From NCBI RefSeq assembly GCF_009914755.1, contig NC_060937.1: a stretch of 64,000 bases of DNA; one strand, 5' to 3'. The notes below the pieces were generated by a model. That model saw nothing but the letters and a program-made list of their open reading frames with translations. It did not search any database and was not told where the DNA came from. This DNA comes from the human T2T-CHM13v2.0 reference genome, Homo sapiens. Below are positions 27,057 to 42,160 of this stretch, one piece after another (the first letter of the stretch is position 1; each line of letters opens with the position of its first letter). The translations under genes and the position numbers were made by a program.

Positions 27057-30000
27057 GTTTGCTTCACTCTTTACTTTGAGTGTCATATGGAGTGCTGTCT
27101 TCCCAATGGATATGACTTAACATGGCCACTAATGTCTCTAATAACCACTTTCTAGGCAGAATGTTTCTAAAAGACTCACTGCGCTTGGACGCCTGCTTTC
27201 ATGTGCCAGGCATGATTACATTTTTTATATATTATCAGTGACTGAATACAATAGCTCTTAGCACAGGGCATAACATCCTAAGGAGAATATTTGTAAGCAA
27301 GTTGCAACATCAAGTCAAATTTTTTGTTATTTCTGTTAGAAACTGGAAACCAAGATACTAAACGATCTGGTTCAAAATTCTGTATGGGTCCACCCTAATG
27401 TGAATCAGTGTGAATCTCTTTATTCAGGTCCTATTCTTCTTTTGTCTAACTCAACCATGCTGGGATGTCCACTGCTTGCTTCAAAGCTTTTATTTCTAAT
27501 AAGAAAAAATCATAATTTCCTTTGCACCTGCACAAAGTTCATGGAGTATTGATTCTTTATCAGTTGTCCTCTATGAGATTCTTTGTTACCCTCCAATACA
27601 CTTTACAAAATTTTGGCTGGCTGCCTTACTTTTTACACACAGTTAAAACGGCTTACCTTTTTTTTTTTTTTCTAACTTGATAGCTCTTTGTGTAAATCCA
27701 CTCTATCTGTAAATCATGTTCTCTTGGCTGCAATCAGTATCCTGGTTCTGTGTAGTGAGGCACCCAGAGAAGAATTCACAACTCCTTTTAGCAAAACTGG
27801 TAAAGGTCTGAAGTGAAAACCAAAATGAATCTATAATCCTAGAACATCATGGCATTGAGTATGTAATATGAATAAATCTCTGTATACCTTTGCTCCTAAA
27901 TCAGCTTGATCAATCTGTTATTAGTAATTTACAATACTTGTATTAGTAAATTACAGTAGTAATTTAATCACTTTACAACCAATATTGTTTGGTTCCTAAT
28001 TTATGAATCTTAAAACCCATTCACCAGTTTGAAAACTAGCTATCTCTCTGACTGCTCTACTTCTGTTAATATTACCACAACTGTTCTACTCAGCAAGATT
28101 AAAATACCCAGTTTAAGCTTTAAGATTTCTAACAGCTTTGAAACAGTATCTCTTTATTCCACAAGCCTGATGAGGCTTATTTTTGATATCCATCTTTTAA
28201 TTTCCATTTATACAGAATCACCTTTGCTCAAGCTTTTGCTAACCTGTGCCTTTACCCTTCAAGGATGTTAAGGCCTCCTAATTAGTTTCTTTATCAACAA
28301 TCTTTCTTGTCCTCTGGCATCAAATTATTTTTTTCTAAAATACCACTTGAATCTTGGGTTTTAGCATCAGTTTCCAAACACAACATTAAAATGTTCAGAT
28401 ATTCAGTGTTTCAAGAAGCCCTTTGAAAATTACATTTTTCCAAAGACAAGATTGAACAGGCATTTCATTCATTTGTTTTGTCCTTTTGTGATACTTGCCT
28501 TTCTACTTCAAATATCTTTGAGAAAATAACCAATTTTTCTTAAATATGCTCTATTTTCAACCAAATATTAGTCCATTAATGACTATGCAAATACCATAAG
28601 AATGTTATTTGTTATCACTGACATAAATGTGATGGCTGCTTATGAAACTTAATTTTTACCAAAATTAAATGATTAAAAATTAATTAAAGTGCTGAGACTT
28701 ACTCCAAATAAACATTTTGTCATTATAGAAATAAGGGGAAATTTAAAAGTAGTATGCATATACTGGAACTATATTCATAAGAAAAGATTCAGTATTATGG
28801 GTGGACTTAGGTACAGCTAATGTCATTTATTAAGTAACAGAAGACAGCCCATTAACAGTAGAACCAAAAAGGGAAATTCTAGGTAAAAATAGACAAAATT
28901 GATAGCTATGTTACTCACAGATTCCAGATTTATTATATTTTGGTATGCTCCTTTAAAATTTATATTTATACTTGGTCAGTTTTTAAAAGTAAAAAAAATT
29001 CCAAAATAAGTTGCATAGCAAAACTTTTCCCCTATGGCTTTGAGATACATATTTTTAAGGATAAGATTTAATTGCATTCCCCTAAAAGATGTACTTGTTT
29101 TCATAGCTGATCTGAGATAAAGATTTACAAATGTACTGCATCTCATGACTGAGAGGAAGTTATTTCCCTAGTTTCTACTTTTATAATAGAGATGAAACCA
29201 AGTAAAAAGGCACATCACCCACAAAAAACCACCACTGTGCAAAAAGCACATGCTTTAGTCCTTCTCCTCTGTTTAAACACTTACTTTGAAGCAAATAATA
29301 AATCTGGGTCTCTGAGATAGGCTAAAAACTTAACTAGATTCTGTTAAAGAAAAAAAAAATGTGGCAAATAATTCTCACACCATCAGTTGGATGAGTCCAC
29401 TTTACAAGTTCCAGTTGTAGTCTAGGGAAAACCATTTACCAAACAAATTAAAAAAAAATACAGTTGCACAGGGCACTATAGGTCAGGGCTACTAATTTCC
29501 ACATTGAACAACTTGATGCTGTGTTGTTAGGAATCTGATTGAAACATATAACTTTATTGCAAATAAAGATGCTGAGTATCTGTAGACCAAGAATAAATTC
29601 CTTTCATCTGAAAATGAACTGGAAATTAATATTTTAAAAATATCTACACAAATATCTCTCATGTCAAGTACCAGACATGCCAGGTACTTTCATCTATTCT
29701 GTCTTGTACAATCATAAAAATCAAGCAAACAAACAAAATAATCATTTACCAGTCCTTTCACATGTATTGTTTATTCAGTAATAACTATGAACCAGGTATT
29801 TTGTGTATCTTCTTTAATAGCCCTGAAAAGGTTTGCATTAAAATGCACTCTTTACAGTAAATGAACAGAGGCCCCATAGATTGATTAACTTACTGAATTT
29901 AATACGGCATGTAAATGTTATGTCAAAAGTGAAAGTTTTTGTTTTCTGCTTTTAAAGCAGAAGTCCCATCTCCTTTCTCCACAATTGATACCGGTGGCTG

Positions 30001-30193
30001 ACATTAGATTTTATTTAAAATCTTTTACATTTTATTATATGCCAAAAATTATTTTATATAAGTCAAATAGCATGATTTGCCCCTCTTTTTCATGTCCTCA
30101 TGATTGTTCATTTTTTTCACTCCCATTGCTACATGATTTGTGAGCTATAACTAATGAATACAGTGAGGAATCCTAAATTCATTAAAACTATTG

Positions 30194-30748
30194 GAGGGAG
30201 GGGGCCAAGATGGCCGATTAGAAGCAGCTATGGTCCCTGGCTCTCATGGAGATGAATGAAAATGGCAAGTGAAATCTGCACCTTCAACTGAAATATCCAG
30301 GTTCCGCATTGGGACTTACTAAGTGGATGGCTTGACCCATGGGGACCCCTCACTCCCAGCCAGCAGAAGCGGTGAGTGAGTGTGCGGCCCCACCCAGGAA
30401 ACCACACTTTTCCCCTGGATATTTGCAACCTGCAGATCACAAGATACCCTCGTGAGTCCACACCACCAGGGCCTTGGGTCCGAAGCAGATAGCTGCGCAG
30501 ACACTTGGGGAAGTGACCACTCGGCCCTGGGAATTCTAGTGAGGCAGGAGATTTATCTATGCATTCGCCTAGGAATGGGGCTGAATCCAGGGAGCCAAGC
30601 AGCCTCATTCTGTGGGCCCCACTCCCCTGGTACGTCACAAGTTAAGACCCACTGGCTTGGAATTCCAGCCAGCCGGTGGCAGCAGGCTGGAGACTGCTTG
30701 AGATGAACTGAGTTCCCAGGGGAATGGGTGGCCGCCATCTCTGCGGTT
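30194..30748 (+). mobile_element. Isolated L1 5'UTR (older L1PA13-16/L1P4 type)
   Basis: gggggccaagatggccgattagaagcagct start with YY1 motif aagatggcc; GC-rich UTR sequence; no ORF1 follows. Confidence 0.85.
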
Positions 30749-33677
30749 TTACCTGAAAGACAAACTAGACATAAAATTATTACGAATCCAATTATTATGT
30801 TTATTTTGTCTTAATCTAATTACCTATTTAGATTTGTTCTAAGATTTGTTCTCTTTTTGAAAATCAGGTCTTCAAAAGCTAATGGTTCACATAGTTTACA
30901 CTTTAGTTTCTTTTGACATTAGGCTAAGTGAAAGAACATCAAGACCATCTGCTTATGGTCACATTTGCCAGAAGTGGTATATGCCTTTAGTAAGTGCAAG
31001 TAATATAAACATCCTGTACTTTTTATTTTTCAAACGTTAGGAATCTTGTTTTAGAATGATCTGTATTTACACAAAATTTTTATAACAGAACGGTTGTCAA
31101 ATTTCATGACTCCAATTGCCTGTACCCAATTACATAATACACTTTACTTCAAATTAGTCACCTAAGCAAACACTCTAGTTTACTCTTTATAAATTAAGTC
31201 ATGTACTCTGATCACACAAAAGTGAATAATTTGAAAAGTATAGAACAGTATACCTCTGTTTATTTCTACTGGATATTATGAAGAGTTTCTGACACTAAAA
31301 ATAATATTACGACCTGTTCTTGCTGGAGAACATATCATTATTCCACTGTATATGGGGTTTAGTGAGTAGTGGTTGAGTTTCAGGAAAAAAAATTAAAAAA
31401 AATTCCAAATAGGTAATTTATAACTAATTTGTGAAAAATGTACTTTCTGCATTGTTAAATATTTATTGTAAATGTGATTCAAAAGTTGAAACTGGTCATT
31501 TGTACCAGCTGGTGACACCTTGTAGCTCTGCATAATACTAATGAAATTTAATCCTACCCGGCAACAGAATTCACTGAAGGAAGATACGGGACCTTGGTGG
31601 ATGACACATGTGAATGACCTGGCTCCCAAAACAGACAGACAATAGGAAGTAGCATTGAGTTTCTAATTTCAGAATTAGGTTATCATTTTTACCTTTCCCC
31701 CTCTAACCAAATGACCTAATAAATCATGTATTTGAAAGGCACAAAGATTTTCATGCATTCTCCTGTTTAAATCAACTTATGATCCTCAATAATTTTATAT
31801 CAGAACTAGGAAATTTTTGTGTAGACAGGTAAAATTTATATTGAGCATGATCTCTCTAGTTCTTAATAAATTACCAAGTATAATATCAAAGCCTACGGGA
31901 AAATGAGGCCAATTATAAATTGTCTAATTGTGTTTCTGAGAAACGTCAACACAAGTTAATAGAAAATAGCTAAATACTTATAATCCTTATCTCCTCAGGT
32001 ATAACATTGGCTTGTGAAAAGAAAACTTGCATTTGTCAAAAATTTTAATATATTTTGAATAAAACAATTCCATCCAAATCTACGATATACAGTAAATAAA
32101 AGATTTTCTTTAAAAACATACCAACGCAAAATAGTTTACAATATGGATTTAGCTAGAGGGCTATGAATTAATATTATGTATGTTAACATGGATTGGAAGC
32201 CAATATTTATGGCAAGAATTAAATTCTGTCAAAAATCCAATGTTATATGTTTTCTTCACACTGAGCAAGAATAGTTACTTCTCCACAGAAATGGTTTTTA
32301 AACACTCCTGGTAAAAATGACTCTCTTCGATTAAGTGTACTCAAATCAACAATGCCTTCTTTTCTTACTGATCACCAAGTACAAAACCCAGCACGCTCAG
32401 TATAGGACCTAGGTAGACTACATGAAGCTTGAAACACACAATTCACATTTCCAGGCCATTATAATCTTTTATTTGGATAGAAGAACATCTTGAAGATGAG
32501 TCAATATTTTTCTTGTTGTTTTAGTTATGAATTTGGATTGAAACTGTGAAATGATTATAATTGGATTTCAATAAATTTTTTTCCTTGGTGATTCTGTGCT
32601 ATACTCAAAACTAATAGAAGCTAAGAAAAGTTTTATCCTTATGAAAGCCAATAACAAAGGCCAGTGAAGTTTTACATTTTTTCATTATTTGGGAACATTT
32701 TGCAGAAAATGTATTTGCATATTTGAAAGGTTAATTCATTGAGTGGTATTATGAATAGGTATTGGTGATGGGAACACTCATGTGAGACAGTGGATATATC
32801 ACCTTCTGTCTAATTGGCTTGTCATTCTGAGACAATAGAAACAATTATTTTTAGAAAATCAGGGCTTTATTATCATGGAAAATGACTTAAGCAATCCTAA
32901 CTGTTTTGAAAGACATTAAACATATCTTTGCTTTTGTTAAACCTTCAATACTTCGAATAAATGCAACTCATTTTATATTTATATATATTTAATTAGTGAA
33001 AGCTGAAATTCATAACTATATATTTTCTTAGAAATTAACTTTATCCTTTGATTTAAAACTTTAATATTTAAATTGCACTTGTTTTAATAATTTGACTATT
33101 AAATATTAAACTTAAATATTTGTAAACAAATATAATAAATATATAATTTTGCATAGGAACTTTTTTGTTATTCCAAAAAAATCATATATGACAGCATATC
33201 AATTATTCAATTCATCTAAAGATATCTATAGTTGATTATATTCAAAAAATATATTAAGTGTATATAGTCAATTACAGTTCATAATTTTTAAAAATCAACT
33301 CTAAAATTTTATATTTCATCCTACGGGTTATTTACCAAAATCATTTGTTGTGATATACCTGATTATTTGTGATTTATTTACCCAATGCAATTGAAGAATT
33401 GAGACCCAGACACAATTAGCCAGTGGCTTAAAAATATATTTTTTAATATCACCAATGTTTTTAAAATGTAATTTTACCTGAGTTTGAATGCAGAACACTG
33501 AATATGTGCCAGCTATATTTAAAGAATAACTGTCATTATGTTCCCTGTGGAAATCATATACTCTTCCTACAAATAAAATGGTAGATTTAAGGGTAATATA
33601 TACTGACCTGCTTTATGCTATTCTAGATGTATGTTCTAAATATGTCCCATTTAGGTATGCATAAAGTTGTTTTATGA

Positions 33678-34042
<365 letters not shown>

Positions 34043-35879
34043 ATTCTTTTTCTTTTAAAGTAGCAAGCACATTAAGATCAACATCTACTATTTTCTTTTA
34101 AACTTTTATAAGCACTCATACTCACATATCCTAAAGTAAAACGAATTGAAAATTGAAAATAAATCATTTGATCTAAATGAAAAGTCATGCTTCACAGGGC
34201 TATATATAAATGCACATTTTTCAAGTGTGCATGTTAAATTATTGCCATTTATATATTATTTTTTAATATAAGTAACACATTTTGAAGTAGATGCTGAAAC
34301 AACTTCAGATGTCTGTTTTTCATGTAATCCATGATATTCGTAGATCCCCAAAATGTGTAAGATACATGCCATCAACTTTGAGAAATAGAAATTTGGATAG
34401 TAATTTTTCATGAGACATGCACTTTCATTTTTTAGTTTATTGATATGCTGTCAAAATATTTTATTATAAAATAAAAATAATTGCATTACTATAAAAATAA
34501 GTATAGATTAACACCATATAACAAATAAATAAATTTTAAAAAAGCATTCGGATTTGTCTCTGAATAGAAGCTTCTATTTCCCATAAATATTTTATACACA
34601 CTAAACCTATACTTTACCCTGTTTCCCAGCTAACCTGTTTACTGTGGACTGATTGCTTCATGCAACTCACATTCTGCAACTTGGACCATGGCATAACTGG
34701 CAGCAATATTTAAACCTGCTCCCACTAACATTATAACCAGAATGAGTTAGTTTTCCTTACTGCTCCTATCTAAGAACATTTCTCTTAGTAGCAAGCACCC
34801 TGAAGACTGTCCTCAAATGGGAAGTGTTAACTACATCATATCTGGAAGGCAGCAGGGGAAAAAAAAAGATGAGTTATTTTGTGATACATTTTAGATTTAA
34901 GAACATACAAAAATAAACACATGCTCCTCACAAAATGAGATCATAGCAGAAACTGGAAGTCAAAGTGGAAGTTCTTAAACACATCTGGCTTATATCAATA
35001 AAACTACTAATAATAGCATTTCCTTAGAAACTAAAAAATCTTCAACAAAGTTTGATCTGAATAAAGCACTAGTACAACAGGCATAAAAGGAACTGTCCTC
35101 CACACACTGAGATATATGTTTACAATATTCTCAGCCTTACATTTGATAGTTGCCTCCGACTGTTTACTTAATATTTAACATATGTTCAGTTAATGATTTC
35201 TCACTTGCAATACCTTTAATTCCTATCATTATCTTTTATATATGCAAAGTCCTTCATATATTTCATCTTGTGGGATGAAGTGCAGCAATTTAGCATCCTG
35301 ATCTTTAAGGTTTCTAATTGTCATACAGTATATTTCTTGTTCTTTCCAAATTCCCAACATCTATGACTCACTGCCTTATCATTTAAGGAGTATTACTTTG
35401 CTCATTCACTATGCTTAGTTACTGTAAATATTTTACTGTAAATGAGCTAGGATTTCCCAATAGAGTGAAAACAGCAAGTTAAAAAATTATCAGAAACACT
35501 GGAGCTTAAAAATATATGATGTGGCTGGGAGAATAGCTTAAAGTAGACATTCTATAATATTGGATTAAAAATTAGGAAATTATCTGTCTTCTATATATTA
35601 TCCACACCTAATCAAAATCTAATTTGCTTTCATTAAACTTACTAAGTGTCTCACAACAGATATTTCAGATCAAGAGATAGACTTGCAATTGATTTTAGTT
35701 CTAACATTAACTACTGACCTATAATAATTGGTTTAATTTATAAAATAAGATTATTGATGCTTACTGCACAAAATTGCTTAAAATTAAATGAAATAAAGTA
35801 TGCAGGCCATTTAATTTCATATCTGGCTTGTGTTAAACATTATGTTATATACATAATTATAATTCTTAATCACCACTAT

Positions 35880-38010
35880 CGATAATTATATATATTAAAT
35901 GGCTATTAATATATACTATATACTATTAATATATACTATATTCATTATATAATATATTAATAATTATACTAATATAGTATACTATACTAATATATGGTAT
36001 ATAGTATACTATATTAATATATGGTACATAGTATACTATACTAATACATGGTACATACTATACTATACTAATACATGGTACATACTATACTATACTAATA
36101 TATGGTACATAGTATACTAAACTAATATATGGTACATAGCATACTATACTAATATATGGTACATAGTATACTATACTATATATTAGTATACTATACTATA
36201 TATTAGTATACTATACTATATAGTAGTATATACTATACTATATATTTGTATACTATACTATATATTAGTATATAATATACACTAATATACAAATATATAG
36301 TATATACTAATATATACTGTACTATATAGTATATATTATATATACTATATATTATATATAATACATAAAATTTATATATTATATATAATATATATAAATT
36401 ATATATTATAGTATATTATATATTACATTATATTATATAATACATAATATAACATATATATTATATGTACTACATATTATATATACTATTTATACTATAT
36501 ATACTATATATACTATACCATATATAGTGTATTAGTATACTATATATTAGTATAGTATACTAATATATGGTATAATATACATAGTATATAGTATAGGATA
36601 TATTAGCATATTAGTATACTATATATTAGTATAGTATACTATGTATTAGTGTAGTATACTATATATTAGTATAGTATACTAATGTATAGTATACTAATAT
36701 ATATTAGTATAGTATACTAATGTATAGTATACTAATATATATTAGTATAGTATACTAATGTATAGTATACTAATATATATTAGTATAGTATACTAATGTA
36801 TAGTATACTAATATATATTAGTATAGTATACTAATGTATACTATACTAATATATATTAGTATAGTATACTAATGTATACTATACTAATATATATTAGTAT
36901 AGTATACTAATGTATAGTGTACTAATGTATAGTGTACTAATATATATTAGTACACTATACATTAGTATATCATATATACTATATATAAGTGTATACATAA
37001 GTATACCATAGTAATATATAGTATATATATTATATATGTACTATATAGTATATATATTATATATGTACTATATAGTATATATATTACATATGTACTATAT
37101 AGTATATATAAAATATATGTACTATATAGTATATATAATATATACCATATAATAGTATATATATAGTATATAGTATAGTATATATTAATATATATAGTAT
37201 AGTATATATTAATATATTAGCATACTATATATTAGTATAGTATACTATATATAGTATAATTATATATAGTATACTATATATAGTATAATTATATATAGTA
37301 TACTATATGTAAGTGTACTATAACTATTAGTATACATTAGTATACTATATATTAGTATATAGTATATATTAGTATATATAAATACATAGTAATATATACA
37401 TGAATATATAGTAATATATGTTACATTATATATATTTTATGTATATTATATCTAATATGTATATTAGATATAATATGTATATTATATATATATTATATAT
37501 AGTACTATATAAATACATAGTAATATATGGTATATATTAGTATATAGTATATTAGTATATATAATTGGTGTATATTAGTATACTATATATTAATATAATA
37601 TACTATATACTGTGTATTAGTATATTATACTATATAGTGTGTATTAGTATATAGTATAGTGTATATTAGTATATTAGTTTACTATATATTAGTATAGTAT
37701 ACTATATATTAGTATATAATATATAATCGTAGTATATATAATATAATCTATAATTATATTAGTATATATAATATAATCTATAATTATATTGTATTAGTAT
37801 ATATAATATAGTATACTGTATATTAGTATATAGTATACCATGCTAATATATAGTATAGTATATACTAATATATAGTATACCATACTAATATATAGTATAT
37901 AGTATACCATACTAATATATAGTATATAGTATACCATACTAATATATAGTATATAGTGTATATAATAGTATGTAATATGTATACTATTTATATATACTAA
38001 TATGTACTAA
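35880..38010. repeat. ~2.1 kb TA-rich compound minisatellite
   Basis: Units include 25-mer tactatactaatatatggtacatag and about 7 copies of 38-mer atatattagtatagtatactaatgtatagtatactaat from 36661. Confidence 0.95.
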
Positions 38011-38324
38011 GTGTACACTGCACTTCCCAGATTATTATAGGACAAAAACACACTGTTTCTCTATTCTCTTGTTCTCACGGCTACTAACATTGACCTAATC
38101 CTATCTTTTATTACATTTTGCCTAGATTTTTGCCAAACCCTCCAATTTAACTTTTCTCTCTCAGTCAGACTTCAATTTCCTGGTAATTGCCTTCCAAATT
38201 ACACAGGTAAATGTTTTAACTTATACTATTAATAATTTGTAATGATTTCATATTACTCTTGGAAGTAAGTTAAAGACCCAGTAATTATCAAGGCTGTATG
38301 CTATTTTATTAGCCACTTCCATGG

Positions 38325-38900
38325 TCATTTATTCTTTCTGTTATTAAGATTTAGTGATCACAATGTATATGCCAGGTTGTGTTTTACATACTAAGCATAG
38401 AAAAATCGTTTGGATAAGATATCTAAAGAGGTTAATGAGAAAATCCTTTCACTGATAGATGTAATGGAAGCAGCTTGATGAGGCCGTGGGGATATCAGCA
38501 AGGACCAACTCTCTCTCTGCACAGTAAGAAGATGGCACTTAATGTTATCCTTGAGAAATGGATGTTTTCCAGAAGAAACAATATGTGCAAAGACTCAGAA
38601 AATTAAAACTTACAGCTATTCAAGGACAGTGTGATAGTAAATGGCAGGAGATAAGATTATAAAAATTGGTTAGAGATGAATATGATGGCAGGTACTTTTG
38701 ACAATTTTATTTTATAACATATAGGTACAAAAGAAGAATGTGAACAAAGAGATCAACACATTAGATTTAAATGATGGGTATAAGAAATTGTCATTCTGCT
38801 AAAAGGAAAGAGTGAAAAATGAGCAACATACAAGCAATTGCATATTTCAAGTAAATATTCTAAGCTACTAGCTGTAGCAGTCAAGGACAATTGAATTTCT
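38325..38900 (-). mobile_element. L2 remnant
   Basis: cattta ttc...tatgccaggttgtgtt...caatatgtgcaaagactcagaa, typical degraded L2 3' region. Confidence 0.5.
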
Positions 38901-40204
38901 AAACCTCTAAAGAATAGTATGTCATTTAAAAAGTTAGAAGGAGGTTGTTTGCAAAGGATTTTTTTTTGTTTTGTTTTATATTAGTAAAAAGAGTAGGACT
39001 TAGGGAACAAAACTCTTAAATATCTTAAGTCCAAATAAAACTAGATTAAGTTAAATCCATATTGTGCAGAAATGCTAGAAAGAGTATACCATATTTTAAT
39101 ATATTTGTTAATTTATTACGTTTTAGAAATAGATTTTGTATGAAGTTATGTTTAAAATACTCAAATATAACAGGCAGAATCTACTTAATCTAAATAATCA
39201 GGTATTTGAAATTAGTTGAAAACATCCAAATTATTAACTTTAATTTTTTCTTTTTGTACTTTTGTTGTTTTTAATCACATAAAAGCAAAATGACAGATTG
39301 AAATGTTTCTGCACTGCTCTGCTATATTACCATATTTGTTTTGATCTTATATTAAAAACATAATTAGCACAGCGGTAGGGGTTTATGAATTTGGGAATGA
39401 CATATTTCTTAGAGAATGTAACAAAAAGAACTTTTCCCATTCTTTATCCTCAGCACATATAAGTGACTTCTGCATAAACCCACAAAACATTTATGTAATA
39501 TACTGACTCATATGTAAATTCAGATTTCTTTATACCCTACTATAGTTGCCTTTGGGATCATGGAATATATTTTAAGAATACTGTCTTTAGATATTGTTAG
39601 AGAGGTTTTATCTTCTAAAAATAAGTAGGTTAGAGAAAAATTATCTTCTGAATTATCAATCAGTATATAAATTCAACCTGTTAGGCAACCAGTTAACTGG
39701 ATTTTTGATCTACATTTGCTCAAATATATGTGTATGTAATTCATGGAAATTTACCAAAGCACAAGCAGCTTCCTGCTATTCCTTGACTAAGGACTGACTG
39801 TAAGATTTGCCCTGGCTTTTCCTATTTAGTCTTTTCTTGGGACTGTGACATTCATAAGCACCTCAGTAAGAAAGTGAACTAGGAAATATAACGGAGATCC
39901 GATTATAATGATTTGGCAGTAATTGATCTAAAATTACAAAAATAAAATTAACAGATAATTTTCATAGTTCATCTCCATATATGATTCCTGCTTAATTAAG
40001 AGTTGGCACAAAGTCTTGTAATTGGTTTTAATTTCATGATGTACATTATATACCTTGACTCTAAAAATAATTAAATAATTTCAAGTACTAGTTTGTTATT
40101 CAGTAGATTGCAGAATCAATATGCTCTGCAATTTAAGTACACAGAACTGTGGGGTTTTTTTCTACTTTGATCTACTTTGGCCCTTAGGTGTCTACTCACT
40201 AGAA

Positions 40205-40441
40205 CAGTGTTTCTCAGTTTGGGATGATTTTGACTCTCCACTCTTACCTGGTGACATCTGGCACCCTCTGGAAATATTTGAGATGTTTTTGGTTGTCATC
40301 ATCTTAGGAAGAGTGATACTGGCCTCCGATGAATTGAGGCCACGGATTTATGGGAAACATCCAGTGAAACATAGGATAGTTCAACACAGCAAATAATGAT
40401 GAGACTGAAATGGTCTATAATGCAAAACTTGGGAAACCTTG
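40205..40441. mobile_element. MER20 (hAT)
   Basis: cagtgtttctcag..gggatgattttg...ttttggttgtca...gggaaaccttg. Confidence 0.75.
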
Positions 40442-41798
40442 CAGCAGAGAAAATGCAACAAATATCTAGGAAACGTTTTTTTTTTTTTTCTGTTTCCTCC
40501 ACTCCTGGACTTATGCAAAATAATGTGATAATTTGGGACAGTCTATCGTCTAACCCTTTTTTTGGGCATATTATGTATTTAAAAACCTGTCAGAAGTCAC
40601 TGGGTTTGTAGTTAATTGGTCATATGCCTACAGCTAATTGGCTGCATGACAAAATAATACCAATACTGCATCTAGAACACTAGAATAACATATAATTTCC
40701 TTTATTAAGACAATATATTTAAGAAAATATTAATTATTATGATTCCCCAAAATGAGATCTGTTGCCCAGTCTGTGTAAAATTTGCATTGTATCACTTTAA
40801 AGTATGTAATTTTATTATTTTCAAATGATTATTTCTAAAATTTTATAGCCAGAAATGAAATTTGTAACCAGCTCTGTATCTTGTTTAGAAAAATTAATCT
40901 ATCAGGCTTTGTTATACATCTCACAAAGATTGTGTGAAGTTATTTTCTTTCTTTTTTTTTCCTGGCTTTTGAAAAACATTGTCTATTGATGAAGTATTGG
41001 AGGCAATTAAAAAGACTCACTCTCAAGGAGCAGTTGAATGTGTCCATACTGGAAACCTGGGAACAGAGAAGCTTTGCTATCAGCAAGTTAGGAAACTCAT
41101 GAATACTTTAGATGTAGCCTAAAGGCTGCGTGCATAGGTGGATGTTTGTTAGGAGCTGCTGACTTGTTGAAAAATAAATGCCTTCTATTCTAAAATGCTT
41201 TCAGGGCTTTGGCTTGCAAGTCAGGAAGTGCTGCTGAGATTTAGAAGCAGGTACTGCAATCTCCAAACCAATTTTCTTCGCTGCTTCTTCTAGGCTAGAA
41301 TGGCTTTGGGAAAGCACCACCTTTCCAAGACTTAGAGAAGTCTTTTCCTGGGCCTTTAGTTTTGAGATTTCAGATTTTTATTTCTCATAAAAACTGCCCA
41401 TGGGCTTACTGGTCCTAGAGATAAAAATAGAATACAATTGGAGTAGAATGGCCCACACTCTATCTATGTTTAGTTTTTATATTTCAAATACTGAAAGACA
41501 GTTAATAAAAAAGTTACATTTGAGACTTTTTAGAGACACAATTACGTGTCTCTAAAAATGTTGTTTCTATAGCAGAATTCAAATAGCAAATCAAATTTTT
41601 ATTCTTTCAATTTTTTGTCTCCAAGATTATTTCTTCAAACTCTACATATGTTGAAAAACATGAATACATGCCATGTTTTTTGTTTGTTTGTTTGTTTGTT
41701 TGTTTTATCAGGCTGAATGATGGTAAATATTGAAAATAATTTCTTCCAAAGATTTATGACAGCCAACCTCCCATTATTGCAATTTCTGTCTAATTAGG

Positions 41799-42160
41799 TG
41801 CTATATACTCAAAGTATTTCCCAAAAATTTATATGTTGAAATCCTAAATCCAAATGTGCTGACATTAGGAGATGGGGCTTTAGTAGGGTGATTAGGTCAC
41901 AAGGGTGCAGTCCTCATGAGTGTAATTATTGCCCTTATAAAAGAGGCCCAGAGAATTGCTTTATCCCTCCACCATGTGAGGACACAGGAAGAAGACAGTT
42001 GTCCGTGAACCTGGAAGCAGTTCTTCATCAGACACTTTGTCTGCAGAATCCTTGATCTTAGACTTCCCATCCTCCAGAACTGTGAGAAATACATTGCTGT
42101 TTTTTTGTAAGTCACTCAGTCTATGATATTGTGTTATAGCAGCCTGAATGAACTAAGCCA
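41799..42160 (+). mobile_element. MLT1A-type LTR
   Basis: tgctat...tatgttgaaatcctaa...gacttcccatcctccagaactgtgagaaata...gaactaagcca. Confidence 0.88.

Noticed and set aside
30228-30738. GC-rich ORFs suggesting an exon or CpG promoter
   Set aside because: They lie inside the L1 5'UTR, and the ORFs reflect low stop-codon density.
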